Origin: the human T2T-CHM13v2.0 reference genome, Homo sapiens
DNA: 64,000 nt
Direction: 5' to 3' (one strand)
Assembly (NCBI RefSeq): GCF_009914755.1
Contig: NC_060943.1
Shown here: positions 22,408-39,869 of the stretch, piece after piece
Position numbering within the stretch: position 1 is the stretch's first letter
Layout: each line of letters starts with the position of its first letter
Notes under the pieces: generated by a model
What the model was told of the DNA's origin: nothing
Database searches by the model: none
The model's input: the letters and a program-made list of their open reading frames with translations, nothing else
Program-made: the position numbers and the translations under genes

Positions 22408-22506
22408 GAAAATGAGACAGAATAACCCCTCAGGCCCCTTCCTTGATGGGCACAATTCATAAGGAAAAGAGGGATGCTGCCATTACACCCACCCAGCTGG
22501 GCTCAC

Positions 22507-22626
22507 CTGTCTCCCACTGACCCTGCTGAGAATTTGCAGAACTGCTTGACTGCCGACGGCGACGGCAGCTACCCTCTGTCCTCTTTGAAGAGCTGGAGGT
22601 GCCATAGCTATAGCGTTCTGGAGACA
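22507..22626 (-). CDS. DEDD2: DEDD2 coding exon 2
   Basis: ctccag|TGTCTCC...GAGACAG|gtgagc; encodes VSPERYSYGTSSSSKRTEGSCRRRRQ...WET; 120 nt. Confidence 0.95.
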
Positions 22627-24053
22627 CTGGAGGAAGAGAAGAACAGGAAGAAGCATTCAGCCTCCTGGCCCTAATTCCCACCCCTGGAAGAATGCCTGCA
22701 CCACGAGGTGCCTAAGTTCCCCAGTAGTCAGAGCCCAAATACCCACTCATTCTCAAACACCTCCTGCAGAGGTTGCTCAGATGCCTCCTAAGAGAGAGAA
22801 CTTATCACGACTTGGGGCAATCTAACCCACGTCTACGGCAGCTCAAACTGTCAAGGTTATTCTGTTGATAGTCATGGTAAGGGTCCCTGTAATGGCCCTT
22901 TGCCCTGGCATCAACTGCCCCCAGCTCTCCCCAAGGAGTAAGCAGGCCTCTGTGCAGGCTCCCCAAATCTTCTCTTCTAGAGCGTGATCTTCAGACATAG
23001 ATATCCAAAAATGCTGTCAGCTCTTCCCTAGAGCTGTCCTTCTCCTGCTTATCTAAATCCTGTGGGCTTACTCTGGGTCAGGGAAGGCCATAATCCCCCC
23101 TCCCCAAACTAGCCACTGCCCCTTTAGTAACCCAGACAAAGGCTTGGTCTATTCATGCACACGGCTACCGGCAGCCTGAACCCCTCCCAGCTTCTCATGT
23201 GAAGGCTGCTATCCTCCAGGAGCACTTCCTTCACAAGGATTAAGGGCATCAACTCTGGGGACAAGTTGGCTAGGTTTGAATCCTGGCTCCCACACTTCCC
23301 AGCTACGTTCTCTGCAAGCCCCTTCATGACATAACTTCTTACCTCCCTCTCTTCCCTAGCTTGGGTCCCCTCTGCTCCTGCCACACTGGCCTCTGATGAT
23401 GCCAAACTCATTCCCACCTCAGGCCTTGGATGCTCCCTGGGATTTTCTCCCCTGGGGTCTATGCATGGCTGGCAGTGCAGCCTCAGGGCAAAGCCTCCCT
23501 TCACCTTGCTGCTCTCCTGACTCTCTCTATTCCATTACTTTTAGTCTTCCTACAACAGCGTCTAAAAATAAGTTCTCTTATTATCTGATTGCCCCCACTA
23601 AACTTAAACTTCATGGAACAAACACCTTGTCAGCTCCATCATCCTGTATCCCTCCTAGGCCCAGCAAACAGGATTGTTATTATACGTGCAAACTGCTTAA
23701 CTTCTCTGAACTTGTTATTTTCTTGGTTACAGTGAAGACAGTAACAGGACTTCCTTGTGAGATTACTGGGAGACTATAAGGCACTAGTTCATATGAAGGG
23801 CTGACAGCTGTGCCTGGCATGAAACAAGCCCTCCGTAAACAGTGGCCAAAATCATCATCACTGATGTGGCCAAATTCCCAAAGCCATGCTTTCTTCCTCT
23901 TATGTTGCTCATTGATATTGTGGGAAGAGAGAGTAGCAGAATGGGACATAAGCTGCCTGATATGGCACTGTCCGTATCAGGGCACCAGGGAGGCCCAGCG
24001 GGAGCCAGGCCCTTTCCTCCCAGGAAGTGTGACACCCTCCCATTCAACCGTAC

Positions 24054-24381
24054 CTGGCCGGCGCCGCTTGCGCGCCAGGTGCGGCAGCAGGTCGTGGCGG
24101 GCCAGCACGCGCAGGAGTTGCCCCAGCAGCCGCAGGTTGCTCTCGTCGCACTGCCCGCGGCGCTCCAGCTCCAGCAGGAGCTCTAGGCCGCTGCGGGCCC
24201 GGGCTAAGCCTCCGGCGGCGCCAGGAGCCTCATCCAGCAGAAAGGCCAGGAGCTCCAGCTCGCACTCGGTCAGTTGCCCGCCCACCACCTCGAACATACG
24301 GTGAAGCGACAGCATCCCGTAGTAGTCCAGGCACTCATCCTCCTCCCAGCACGGGGCCGGGGTCGACCCGGATAGCGCCAT
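24054..24381 (-). CDS. DEDD2: DEDD2 first coding exon (death effector domain)
   Basis: ATG at 24381, MALSGSTPAPCWEEDECLDYYGMLSLHRMFEVVGGQLT...LLRVLARHDLL (RxDL DED motif); donor CCAG|gtacgg; exon acceptor at 24419. Confidence 0.96.
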
Positions 24382-24399
24382 TCCCGGGGGAGGGAGGCG

Positions 24400-25360
24400 G
24401 AACAAGCTCAGAACCCGGCCTAGAACCCACACAGCGGGGAGGGGGCAGTGGTCAGCGACGCGGAGGCCCGAACCCCACACCGCCAGCGCGTCTCCCCCGC
24501 CCAATCGCGCCGGGCAGGGCCGCTCCCGCACCCCCAACCGCCTCGGCCTCCCCCTCCCCCGGGAGGGAATGGTCCCGCCCGAGGTCCCCTAAGAACAGGT
24601 CGGGACGCCGGAGCCCGCTCGGCTTCTGCCCCCACCACCGTGCTACGTTCGGAGCTCGCCTCCGGACCTGACCAAACGATGCGGCCCAAACAAGCCTCGG
24701 GGCCCACCCCGGGGCTCCCTGCTGACTGCCCCTGACTCTGGGTAGGACTGCCCAGACGAGCCCCTTTTCTCCGTCCAGCGGTACCGTCTGATGAGTCCCC
24801 CGGCTCTACGCAAGTGGTACCTCCCGAAAGTGACCCTCTGCCCCCTACACAGAGGAGCGACCCAGGCAGCCCCTTTGCTCCACACAGGTGGTACCGTCCG
24901 AACCCGACCCCCTCGCCCTGCAAGGGCGGCCCCGCCCGCTCCCCAGAGCCCAGGTGGTCCTGTCTACCCGCCACCAGTCACCATTAGGCCTCTCTGGATC
25001 CTCACCAGATTCTGGCGTCCGATGACTCCTGGGCGACGGCCGCAGCCACTTGTTTTGGATCTTTCTGGCACCTTCTCTATTATTACGCCTGCGTCACCTC
25101 GCCCCTCCTCCTTCCCCCAACTCGCGCAGGTGCGACCGCCACGCCCCTTCGGCGCATGCGCAGAACGAGGCCTCCAAGCCCCGCCCTTCCTGGGCCGCTT
25201 GACCTGCCCCCAACCGAAGCATCTTGGTTCGCGAGTGCTGCGCTTGCGCAGAGCGAGAGCACGCCGCCTCTTGGGCTGTATCTGGTACCCGGTTCCAGGT
25301 CCCTACTTCCTGCCCGTGACTCAAGCCACCGGGGCCATGTAGCGCCACGTCACGAGTAGT
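24400..25360 (-). promoter_or_regulatory. DEDD2: DEDD2 proximal CpG-island promoter / alternative first-exon region
   Basis: CpG-dense; perfect NRF1 palindrome GCGCATGCGC at 25152-25161, TGCGCTTGCGCA near 25239, CCACGTCACG near 25345; candidate minus-strand donors near 25097 and 25005. Confidence 0.7.
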
Positions 25361-26033
25361 TGTAACTACTCATCTCATAAACTACAGCCCCCTCCTGATC
25401 ACGAGCTAGACGCCCACATCACCACTGCCCCTAGTTGCCCGTGGCAAAGTAACACAATCACTACTTTCCCGTCTCCCAGTAAACTCCCAGGCCTTATATG
25501 ATCTGGTCCTGGGCACTCCTCCATTAGATTGTCCCTCACTTCTAGTGACAACCAGGGATCTACATCTCAACTGTGCTCTCTCGTGATCCCAAATGGAAAT
25601 CCCGCCCCCCCACCACCACCCCCGCAGTCTATAAGTTCCTTCCCCTGATCAAAACCAGAATTCCCTCATCTCACGTTCAGGACGGATACCTCCTTCCAAG
25701 CGGCAACAGAACCCTCCATTCCGACTGTGTACATCTCGATGGCGTCCATCACGACCCCCATCACAGTCAGATGTCTCCACCCAGAGCCAAAACGGCCCCT
25801 CCGTAACCCCTTCCAATCTCTGCCCTCCAGGGTCGCCCAGATACCCGCTCCCTAACTTGCAACAACTAGAGAGGGTCTGTCAGGGAGTCTAGGCTGTGGT
25901 GTATGCGTGTCCCCTTACCGCGGGGCCTTGGGTGTGACGGTCGCCACGCCCCCCACTTAGGTGACTCAAGGTCAGGACCTGCATGTACTTGAGACAAGTC
26001 CCCTCCCTGGACCTCTTCCCACCCCCGCAATTA

Positions 26034-27125
<1,092 letters not shown>

Positions 27126-27439
27126 TCAAACGAAGAGTAGGGAGAATAGGAAAGCAATTTAACAAACTGTGAAGGATTCTGTCTTGCTAAGTGGGTTGTA
27201 GTGGGCGCCTACAGTGTATGAGCGCTGTGCATGTGTGATATCATCCAATCCCCTAAACAATCTTTGAGGTGGCTGTGACTCAAGCTCACTTCACACCAGT
27301 AAAACAGAGGCCCGGAGAGGAGAATAACTCCAAGTGTGTCGGGCTCTAAAGCTGTACTCTCAGAAATGCTCCGTCTCTTCAGCTTTGAAATGACATCTCT
27401 GTCAAGGTCTCCCGCCGCCCAGTTCACTCCATGGGCCCA

Positions 27440-27900
27440 ACGCTCACCAAAGGTTGCCCGAGTTTCTCTACAGAACTTGCCGACGCTTAGCCCGGGAGCG
27501 ACCCAGAGAAATGCGCAGGCGCATCTCCTCGCCCTGAGCCCCGCCCACAGGGCGAAGATGTGTGCGTGGATAACTCCCAGAGCCCCGCCTGTGTGGCAAC
27601 ACGCAGGCGCAAGGTCGCGTGCCCTGCGCTGCAGGCTCTGATTGGTCGCCACGGGTAAGGGCACCGCCCAATGGGAGGTGTGGATAGTGAGGGGTCCCAC
27701 ACGCCTGGAGCCGAGGGTCTGTGTCAAGAGCGGCAGGGGCTGCAGGAGATAAGAGAAACGGGTGAGGGCGCCGCGCGGGGCTGGACTGGGAAGAGAACGC
27801 TGGGCGGACGGAGGGGGCGGAAGGAAAACTAAGGGGTCTGCAGGGATCGAAGAGCCTTGGGGCCTGCGCTAGGGCGGGAGCGGCGCGGGCTGGAAGGAGA
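27440..27900. promoter_or_regulatory. Bidirectional CpG promoter of DEDD2(-)/ZNF526(+)
   Basis: NRF1-like TGCGCAGGCGCA near 27512, GC box near 27538, ATTGG/CCAAT at 27641/27668; minus donor TTG|gtgagc after 27448 and plus donor ACGG|gtgagg after 27761. Confidence 0.8.
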
Positions 27901-28587
27901 GCACTCCTTCCTGTGTGCCCTGGGGCTCCTTTAGTGTGCGGGAGCCTACGCTGGAACTCGCCCACCACCCACTGCTGCGAGCTCTCACCCTGCCGAGGAG
28001 CTCAGTCTGGTAGGAGACAAGCGTTGTAAAGCGGGAAAGTTGAATTTCCAGGGCCCTAGTGGGTTCCTTCCTGGAAAGACTTACTGATATACTGTGTGAA
28101 AAACCCCCATTCTTTCCCTAAGTAGTTCACAATTCAAGAGTGGGAGAAAGAATCGTAGACGAGGAAAGGGCAAATTTCAAGTCTCCCGGGCCACCTCGTA
28201 GACATTTATTGGGTACCTGCTTTGTGCAAGCTTTGCAGCAGGCACTGGGCCTCGCCCTAGGGGAGTTCTCTGTTGGAAATGGGGCTGTAATCAAGGAAAA
28301 ATGGAACTCTCGGGCCCCTGGTTGCCTACTTCCAGGAAGGTCCTTTGTGGAATGGCTGTTGTGTGCAGGGGCCTGGCAACTCAAAAATTAGGAAGGGGAT
28401 TGGAATAGTAGATAAGGAAAGTTTAGCTCCAGCTCCTTTAGTGAATAATTTACTCAAGGAGTATGTATTGGGCATTAACTGAAAGCAGGGCCCTGTACTG
28501 GGCTGTGTGTTTTGGGAATTCACAGTCTAATGGGGAAGTTGGTCTGGTAGAAATGGACTGTGCATAGGGACAGTTAAACTCAGGGTC

Positions 28588-31557
<2,970 letters not shown>

Positions 31558-31588
31558 GGCTGGGCTGAGTGGTGTTTCTCTCCTGCAG

Positions 31589-31679
31589 GCTGCCGTGGGG
31601 TGTGTGTAGGCTTCAGAGACATGGGATCACGGAAGACTGAAGCAGAAACAGTGGATTAAGACTTCCTGAGCGATAGCTG
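31589..31679 (+). other. ZNF526: ZNF526 5'UTR exon (contains a uORF)
   Basis: ttctctcctgcag|GCTG...GCTG|gtgagt; an 81-nt intron follows to acceptor ttctccag|G at 31761. Confidence 0.8.
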
Positions 31680-31777
31680 GTGAGTAGTGGGATGTGCAAG
31701 AGAATTCCACCTCCCCTTGGTTTCCTGCTGTCTCACTGGCTCCTGCCCCTCTTTCTCCAGGCACTGCCTTCCCCACA

Positions 31778-33790
31778 ATGGCAGAGGTGGTGGCTGAGGT
31801 GGCCGAGATGCCAACACAGATGTCACCAGGGGCAGTGGAGATGTCAACACCTATGTCGGCAGAGATGATGGAGATGTCAACAGAAGTGACTGAGATGACA
31901 CCTGGGGAGGCCCTTGCCTCATCCCTCTTCTTCCAGCATCACCAGTTCATGTGCTCTGAGTGTGGCAGCCTCTATAACACACTGGAGGAAGTCCTCTCAC
32001 ACCAGGAGCAGCACATGCTTGCTGTCTCAGAGGAGGAGGCACTGACCACACAGAATGTTGGCCTGGAGCCGGAGCTGGTGCCGGGTGCTGAGGGGCCCTT
32101 CCAGTGTGGTGAATGCAGCCAGCTCATCCTCTCCCCTGGGGAGCTCCTGGCCCACCAGGATGCCCACCTCCGAGAGTCTGCAAACCAGATCCAATACCAG
32201 TGCTGGGACTGCCAGGAGCTGTTCCCCTCGCCCGAGCTGTGGGTGGCTCATCGAAAGGCCCAGCACCTTTCTGCTACGGTAGCTGAGCCACCAGTGCCAC
32301 CTCCTTTGCCTCCCCCAACACCACTGCCTCCACCTTCTCCCCCATCCGAAGTCAAGATGGAGCCCTATGAGTGTCCTGAGTGCTCTACCCTCTGCGCCAC
32401 CCCTGAGGAGTTCTTGGAGCATCAGGGCACCCACTTTGACTCCCTAGAGAAAGAGGAGCGCAATGGGTTGGAGGAGGAGGAAGAGGACGATGAGGAGGAT
32501 GAAGAAGATGATGAAGAGATGGAGGATGAGGAGGCCATGGCAGAGGTCGGTGATGATGCTGTGGGAGGTGACGAGTCCACAGCTGGCTGGGCTCAGGGCT
32601 GCGGGGACTGTCCCCAGCACCAGCCCTCAGCAGGGGCTCGCCGGCAACACCGGCGGACGGCTCACAGCCCGGCATCTGCCACCCACCCCTTCCACTGCAG
32701 CCAGTGTCAGCGCAGTTTCAGCTCCGCCAACCGGCTGCAGGCTCATGGGCGGGCCCATGTTGGTGGCACACATGAGTGTACAACCTGCTCCAAGGTCTTC
32801 AAGAAAGCAGCATCGCTTGAGCAGCACTTGCGGCTGCATCGCGGGGAAGCCCGCTACCTCTGTGTAGACTGTGGCCGCGGCTTTGGCACAGAACTCACGT
32901 TGGTGGCTCACCGGCGGGCCCACACTGCCAACCCATTGCATCGCTGTCGTTGCGGCAAGACGTTCAGCAACATGACCAAGTTCCTCTACCACCGGCGCAC
33001 TCACGCCGGCAAAAGCGGGGCACCTCCCACAGGAGCAACAGCTCCCCCAGCTCCAGCGGAGCCCACCCCTCCACCACCACCCCCTGCCCCACCTGCCCAG
33101 CTGCCCTGCCCACAGTGCTCCAAGTCCTTTGCCTCAGCTTCCCGGCTGTCCCGGCACCGGCGTGCAGTACACGGGCCCCCTGAACGGCGTCACCGCTGTG
33201 GGGTTTGTGGCAAGGGCTTCAAGAAGCTGATCCACGTGCGCAACCACCTGCGGACACACACGGGTGAGAGGCCCTTCCAGTGCCACTCATGTGGCAAGAC
33301 CTTTGCTTCTTTGGCCAACCTCAGCCGCCACCAGCTGACCCATACGGGTGCACGTCCCTACCAATGCCTGGACTGTGGCAAGCGCTTCACACAGAGCTCC
33401 AACCTGCAGCAGCACCGGCGGTTGCACTTGCGGCCAGTCGCCTTTGCCCGCGCCCCCCGCCTCCCCATCACTGGTCTCTACAACAAGAGTCCCTACTACT
33501 GCGGGACTTGTGGCCGCTGGTTCCGCGCCATGGCGGGCTTGCGACTGCATCAGCGGGTCCATGCCCGAGCTCGGACTTTGACGCTACAGCCTCCCAGATC
33601 ACCATCTCCTGCCCCACCCCCACCTCCAGAGCCTCAACAGACTATCATGTGCACAGAGCTGGGGGAGACCATCGCCATCATTGAGACATCCCAGCCACTG
33701 GCGCTTGAGGACACCCTGCAGCTGTGCCAGGCTGCACTGGGGGCCAGTGAAGCAGGCGGGCTCTTGCAGTTGGACACGGCCTTCGTGTGA
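31778..33790 (+). CDS. ZNF526: Zinc finger protein 526 (670 aa, about 14 C2H2 fingers, no KRAB)
   Basis: ACAATGG start 17 nt after the 31761 acceptor; single-exon ORF MAEVVAEVAEM...LDTAFV*; CxxC...HxxxH fingers, TGERPF/TGARPY linkers, acidic and Pro-rich tracts. The ORF-track start at 31694 is intronic. Confidence 0.96.
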   Translation: MAEVVAEVAEMPTQMSPGAVEMSTPMSAEMMEMSTEVTEMTPGEALASSLFFQHHQFMCSECGSLYNTLEEVLSHQEQHMLAVSEEEALTTQNVGLEPELVPGAEGPFQCGECSQLILSPGELLAHQDAHLRESANQIQYQCWDCQELFPSPELWVAHRKAQHLSATVAEPPVPPPLPPPTPLPPPSPPSEVKMEPYECPECSTLCATPEEFLEHQGTHFDSLEKEERNGLEEEEEDDEEDEEDDEEMEDEEAMAEVGDDAVGGDESTAGWAQGCGDCPQHQPSAGARRQHRRTAHSPASATHPFHCSQCQRSFSSANRLQAHGRAHVGGTHECTTCSKVFKKAASLEQHLRLHRGEARYLCVDCGRGFGTELTLVAHRRAHTANPLHRCRCGKTFSNMTKFLYHRRTHAGKSGAPPTGATAPPAPAEPTPPPPPPAPPAQLPCPQCSKSFASASRLSRHRRAVHGPPERRHRCGVCGKGFKKLIHVRNHLRTHTGERPFQCHSCGKTFASLANLSRHQLTHTGARPYQCLDCGKRFTQSSNLQQHRRLHLRPVAFARAPRLPITGLYNKSPYYCGTCGRWFRAMAGLRLHQRVHARARTLTLQPPRSPSPAPPPPPEPQQTIMCTELGETIAIIETSQPLALEDTLQLCQAALGASEAGGLLQLDTAFV

Positions 33791-34850
33791 CGCAGCTGAA
33801 AAGCAACAACAAAAGGGTTTGGTTGCAACAGCCAGTGTGGGTACCTCTGGGGAGAGAGGACCTCCTCTGACAAACTGGTCTGGTACCCACCATGTGCCAG
33901 GATCCACCCTGGCCTCTTTTTACCCACTGACTCCCCAGAACAACCCTTCCAGGCTTCTCTTGTCATCTTTCTCTGCCTGAGGGGAAACTGAAGCTCTGAA
34001 ATGCGATGTGATCTGTACCAGGTCACCCAGCTATGCTGCAAAGTGGGTTGGCCAAGGCCCTTTGCACTGCATCACCCTGGTGCCCAGCAACATCAGGTAA
34101 CCTTCACTGAGCACCAAGCTTATGCCAGGTCTGTGCTGGCCACTCTCATATACCTCTTCAGATCCTCTGCTTGTACCCCCAGCCCTTGCCTTCCCTGGAT
34201 TTTGGGCACCCAGGACTTTGCTCTGCCTGGTGGAGGGTACTTGATTTCTCTGGGCTTCCTTCATCTCAATTCTGACAGTGTGGAAGGAAATCTGTAGGTA
34301 CCCAGGTCCTCAGCTCCAGACTGGGTGATGCTGGAGACCCAGGAGCAAGTCAGCACAGGCTCTGCCCACAGGAGGCATGCACAATCTGGTAGGAGAAACG
34401 CACAAGTACAGATAGCTTGCTCTCTGAGTGTGTCTCATTGATTCATTCAGCCTGTGTGTCCTAAAGCCTCCCTTCTCCCATACTGGGTGATGCTGGGGGC
34501 AGAGATGAGTCAGGCCTAAGGCTTCTCTGGGCTGTGATGGGGATGTGCAGGGACAGTGGGATCCCAGGAAACAGACCTCCATGGTGGGAGATCAGGAGTT
34601 AAGGACTTCCTAGAGAAGGTAGTCCCTGAAGGAAAAGTAGGAATCTGGCAGTGAAAGAGGAAAAGAACATTCCAGGCAGACAGCACTGCAAGAGGGTGAG
34701 CTCTTGGTGTATTTGGAGACCATCCAGTTATTCATCTGACTGCCTACCTGAGGCAAGCACCACACTTACCACTGTATGTGTACTATGATCCCAACAGGCT
34801 TGTGACATAGATTTCATATTATCCCTGTTGTATAGATTTTTAAAACTGGT

Positions 34851-36186
<1,336 letters not shown>

Positions 36187-37578
36187 ATAATAGTCTTTAT
36201 CTCCCTAAGCACATGCAGGTGATTCCTGATAGGCTCCTCCCAGGCCCCTGCAGCCCAGGGTGCTCAGGCAGGGCAGGCAGAATGCAGTTGGGGATGGAAT
36301 TGTCCAGGAGGGAGGCCTAGACTTTGGAAGGCCTTGAAAGCTGGCTGAGTAGTTCCAGGTTGGGGGAGGGTCGTAACTGGTGTTAGATCTGGGCTCAAAG
36401 TGGGGTGAGTGGGAAGCTAAAGATGGTCCAGCAGAAGACAGGGCTGGACCTGGGAAGGGGTCATGGGGTGGTAGAAGGGTGAGGGACACCTCACTGACTT
36501 CACGGCTGACCACGTGTGAGTAGCAGGGAGGAAGGCGTCCCCAGGATCCCAAGGTCTGCCCCTCGCCCAGAACAGCCATCCTCCCCCTTATCCATCAGCT
36601 TGCTCTGTATGTTCATTCATTGATACTACAAACCAGGCGAAATCTGGGTGGTGTTGAGCAAGGAAGGGGCAGGGTCTGTCCTATCCCAGGCAGTGTAAAG
36701 ATGCCCCTGGAGTGGGTTGAGCAAACTGGAGAGCCCAGACCCCACAGGAACAGTCCCTTCACTCCATCTGGGACATTTGAAACTCCTCCCTTTTTGTTCA
36801 CCGGTGGAATCCAGTAGGGGGCATACCCATTGCTCCTCCCCAGGCCCCCTTCCACCTCTGGGGTGTCCTGGCCACACTCACTGCTCGGTGCCATGTGGAG
36901 GAGATAACATTTCCTTCCGCCCATGCCCCACTATCTGGCCCCAGCATGTTTTAAGTGAGGATAAAAGTCAAGTTCTCTGTCCCCACCTTCACAGGGTTGT
37001 CACTTCCCAACATCCCTAAGAGGTGGACCAGGTAGGTGTCCTGTTTAAGACTTGGAAATGAAGGCTTGGAATCTTCTAGGGTTCCATCTCCAGCCATGGC
37101 CACCCAACAAAGAGTCTACAAGCAGGCTAAGTTTTGGCCTGAGTGACTCCTCATCATCTCATGTCCCCCCAGACCCTAGAGCAGCAGGCAGCTTGGGCTA
37201 AGACAGACGGCCCATTGTTCAAGTCCTGACTCTTCTGTCACTTAAGCTCCATGGCCTTCCCCTCTCTGATCCCCAGTTGGCTCACCAGTTACTGGGAGGT
37301 TAATCCCTCCCTCCCTAAGCAGAAGCAGATGATTTATGCTGGGTCATGGAGCAGGCTCCTCCTAGGCCTCTACAGCAGATAACCCAGATGGAGCTCATCA
37401 CCACACGTGCAGAGAAAGCCACGGTGTGAGAAGGTTGGGCACCTGAGCCAGGGCCTTCGGACAGCCCTCTGCCTGAGATGCAGCTCACTCCCGTCCCAGA
37501 ACAGTCCCCCCACCGGAAGCCCCCACCACCTCAGCGGAAACAGGCAGCCGGACAGAAAGCAGGTTTTCATGCCAATAA

Positions 37579-37584
37579 TTTATT
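37579..37584 (-). terminator. GSK3A: GSK3A poly(A) signal AATAAA
   Basis: TTTATT on + about 585 nt downstream of the stop. Confidence 0.85.
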
Positions 37585-38167
37585 GAACGGAGGTCTGTAC
37601 ACAGGCAAACCTTACTGTGGAAACTAAGACATCAGGAGCTCTCTCCACTCCCCTGGCCCTCCAGGGTGGGGTGAGGAGGGAGTAGACCTTGGGGGCAGAG
37701 GACAGGAGGGGAGTTACAGCTGTAGGAGGGGCGGGGCCAGGTTGGACGGTGCGAATCGACGTTTTCTTTAAGAAAAAAATTATAACAATCTATTTACACC
37801 CGGGGGCCAGGGAAGGGAAGAGGAGACGGGCTGGGCTGGTTCTATTTACAAGGGACACAGGAGGGGAGGGGGTCTGGAGGAGGTGGAGGTCTGGGGGAGG
37901 GGAGGGGGCCAAGGGGGTAGGAGGTCCTCATCCCCCCAACACCCTGTCCTTCTCTTCCCTCCCCACAACCAGTTAAAATCCTCTTAAAAAGCCCACCACA
38001 GGGGTGAGGCTGGTGAGGGAGGGACTGGAGGTGGGGACAGGGACTCATTTACCTCTGCCCTCTAGTCTAGGGGCCCAGCCAGGGCAGGAGCTTGATGGGC
38101 TATGGCCCCCCTTCCCAGCCCCTCTTGGGGCTCCCAGATGGAAGTGGAAGGGTGCTTGGTGGGGCCC

Positions 38168-38241
38168 TCAGGAGGAGTTAGTGAGGGTAGGTGTGGCATC
38201 GGTCGACTGCCAGTCTGAGCTGGTCGGAGTCTCAGTTAAAG
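38168..38241 (-). CDS. GSK3A: GSK3A exon 11 (coding part)
   Basis: ctccag|CTTTAACT...LTETPTSSDWQSTDATPTLTNSS*; the 11 exons total 1452 nt = 483 aa. Confidence 0.95.
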
Positions 38242-38454
38242 CTGGAGGGAGGCAGGGAAGGAGCAGAGTTAGCCTTTGCCTTTCAGACACCCCTTCGCCC
38301 AACCCAAAAGTAGGAATTCTCTTGTCATAGATGCTACATTAAAAGTTACAAGCTGTTACTTTAGGTGAAGGGTTGCAAACTCAAGTGCTAAAGGGCCACG
38401 ATAGTAACTGAGTGACACACCAGAGTGCCAGGCTCCATATAAGGCGGTGGCTGG

Positions 38455-39165
38455 GCTGGGCACAGTGGCTCACGCCTGTAATCCCAGCACTTTGGGAGGC
38501 TGAGGTGGGCAGATCACAAGGTCAGCAGTTCGAGACCAGCCTGGCCAACATGGTGAAACTCCATGTCTACTCAAAATACAAAAATAAGCCAGGCATGGTG
38601 GTATGAGCGTGTAATCCCAGGTACTTAGGAGGCTGAGGCAGGAGAATCACTTGAACCCAGGAGGCAGAAGTTGGAGTGAGCCGGGATTGTGCCACTGCAC
38701 TCCAGCCTGGGTGACAGAAAAAGACTCCGTCTAAAAAATATAAAGGGCGCCCACTGTCTACTGTCAGTAGGATGGGCGGGCCCATTGCTGCCCAATCTGA
38801 TTTTCTTCCCCAAGAGAAACAGGAAATCTGAATTTTTACATAAAATAGCCCCATTTTTAAACGTGGACACCATGGCCAGGCACAGCGGTTCACGCCTGTA
38901 ATCCCAACACTTTAGGAGGCCAAGCGGGAAAATCACCTGAAGTTCAAGACCAGTCTGGCCAACATGGTGAAACCTCATCTCTAGTAAAAATACAAAAATT
39001 AGCCAGGCGTAGTGGTGTGTGTCTGTAATCCCAGCTACTCGGAGGCTGAGGCAGGAGAATTGCCTGAGCCCAGGAGGCGGAGATTGCAGTGAGCCGAGAT
39101 CGAGCCACTGCACTGCAGCCTGGGTGGCGAGTGAAACTCTATTGCACAAAAAAAAAAAAAACAAA
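38455..39165 (+). mobile_element. Two Alus in GSK3A intron 10
   Basis: About 38455-38742 and 38874-39165. Confidence 0.87.
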
Positions 39166-39430
39166 CTTGGGCAACGAATTCAACTTTTTGTTTGTGTTCA
39201 GGCCAGACGTTATTTCTCTGGCTTTCCCATTGGCATTAAACACATTTAAACATTTGTACGCAAGAATACCCTCTAAAGGTGGTCATTCACATGTTGTAAG
39301 ATGTGTTTCCTATGCCATCAAAATGTCGATGATTTAAAAATACATTCAGGAAACCCAGTCACTGAGCGAACAGCCCCACCCTCTCCAGGCTGAGAGATAC
39401 TTTAACCCCCAGCAGATGGTCCCCACTTAC

Positions 39431-39523
39431 CTTGTGAGGACGGGGTGAGGGTGGTAGTGCCCGCTGGGGACCTCAAGTGAGGAGGGATGAGAATGGCGTT
39501 GAGAGACGGTTGGATGGAGAGTT
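39431..39523 (-). CDS. GSK3A: GSK3A exon 10
   Basis: ttctag|AACTC...CAAG|gtaagt; ELSIQPSLNAILIPPHLRSP...; 93 nt. Confidence 0.95.
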
Positions 39524-39869
39524 CTAGAAACAGGAATTGACATGCTAGTCAGGGTAGACTACAGCAGGGTTATGATGGGCACCAAATGGGAACCCAGCTA
39601 TTGGGAAGGCCAGTTGTTTGTGGACACCTTCAGCCACAGACCTCTCTCAATGAAAAACCAGAAAAAGCTTAGCACAAGGCAGATCACAGTAAAGCACAAC
39701 TGAAGCAGGTTCGATTCCCCCTGAATCTGGGAGTCATCTTTCCTGAGCCCCAGGCCTGCCTTGTACCCTGCCCTTAGCTCCCCACTCCTGCTTCAACACC
39801 AAGCTCCTCACAATCTTTGGCTGCCCCCCTACCCCGCCCCACTCCCCAGATCCCAGGCTATGCCCTCAC

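Noticed and set aside
31694-31777. 698-aa version of ZNF526
   Set aside because: Starts at a GTG inside the 31680-31760 intron.
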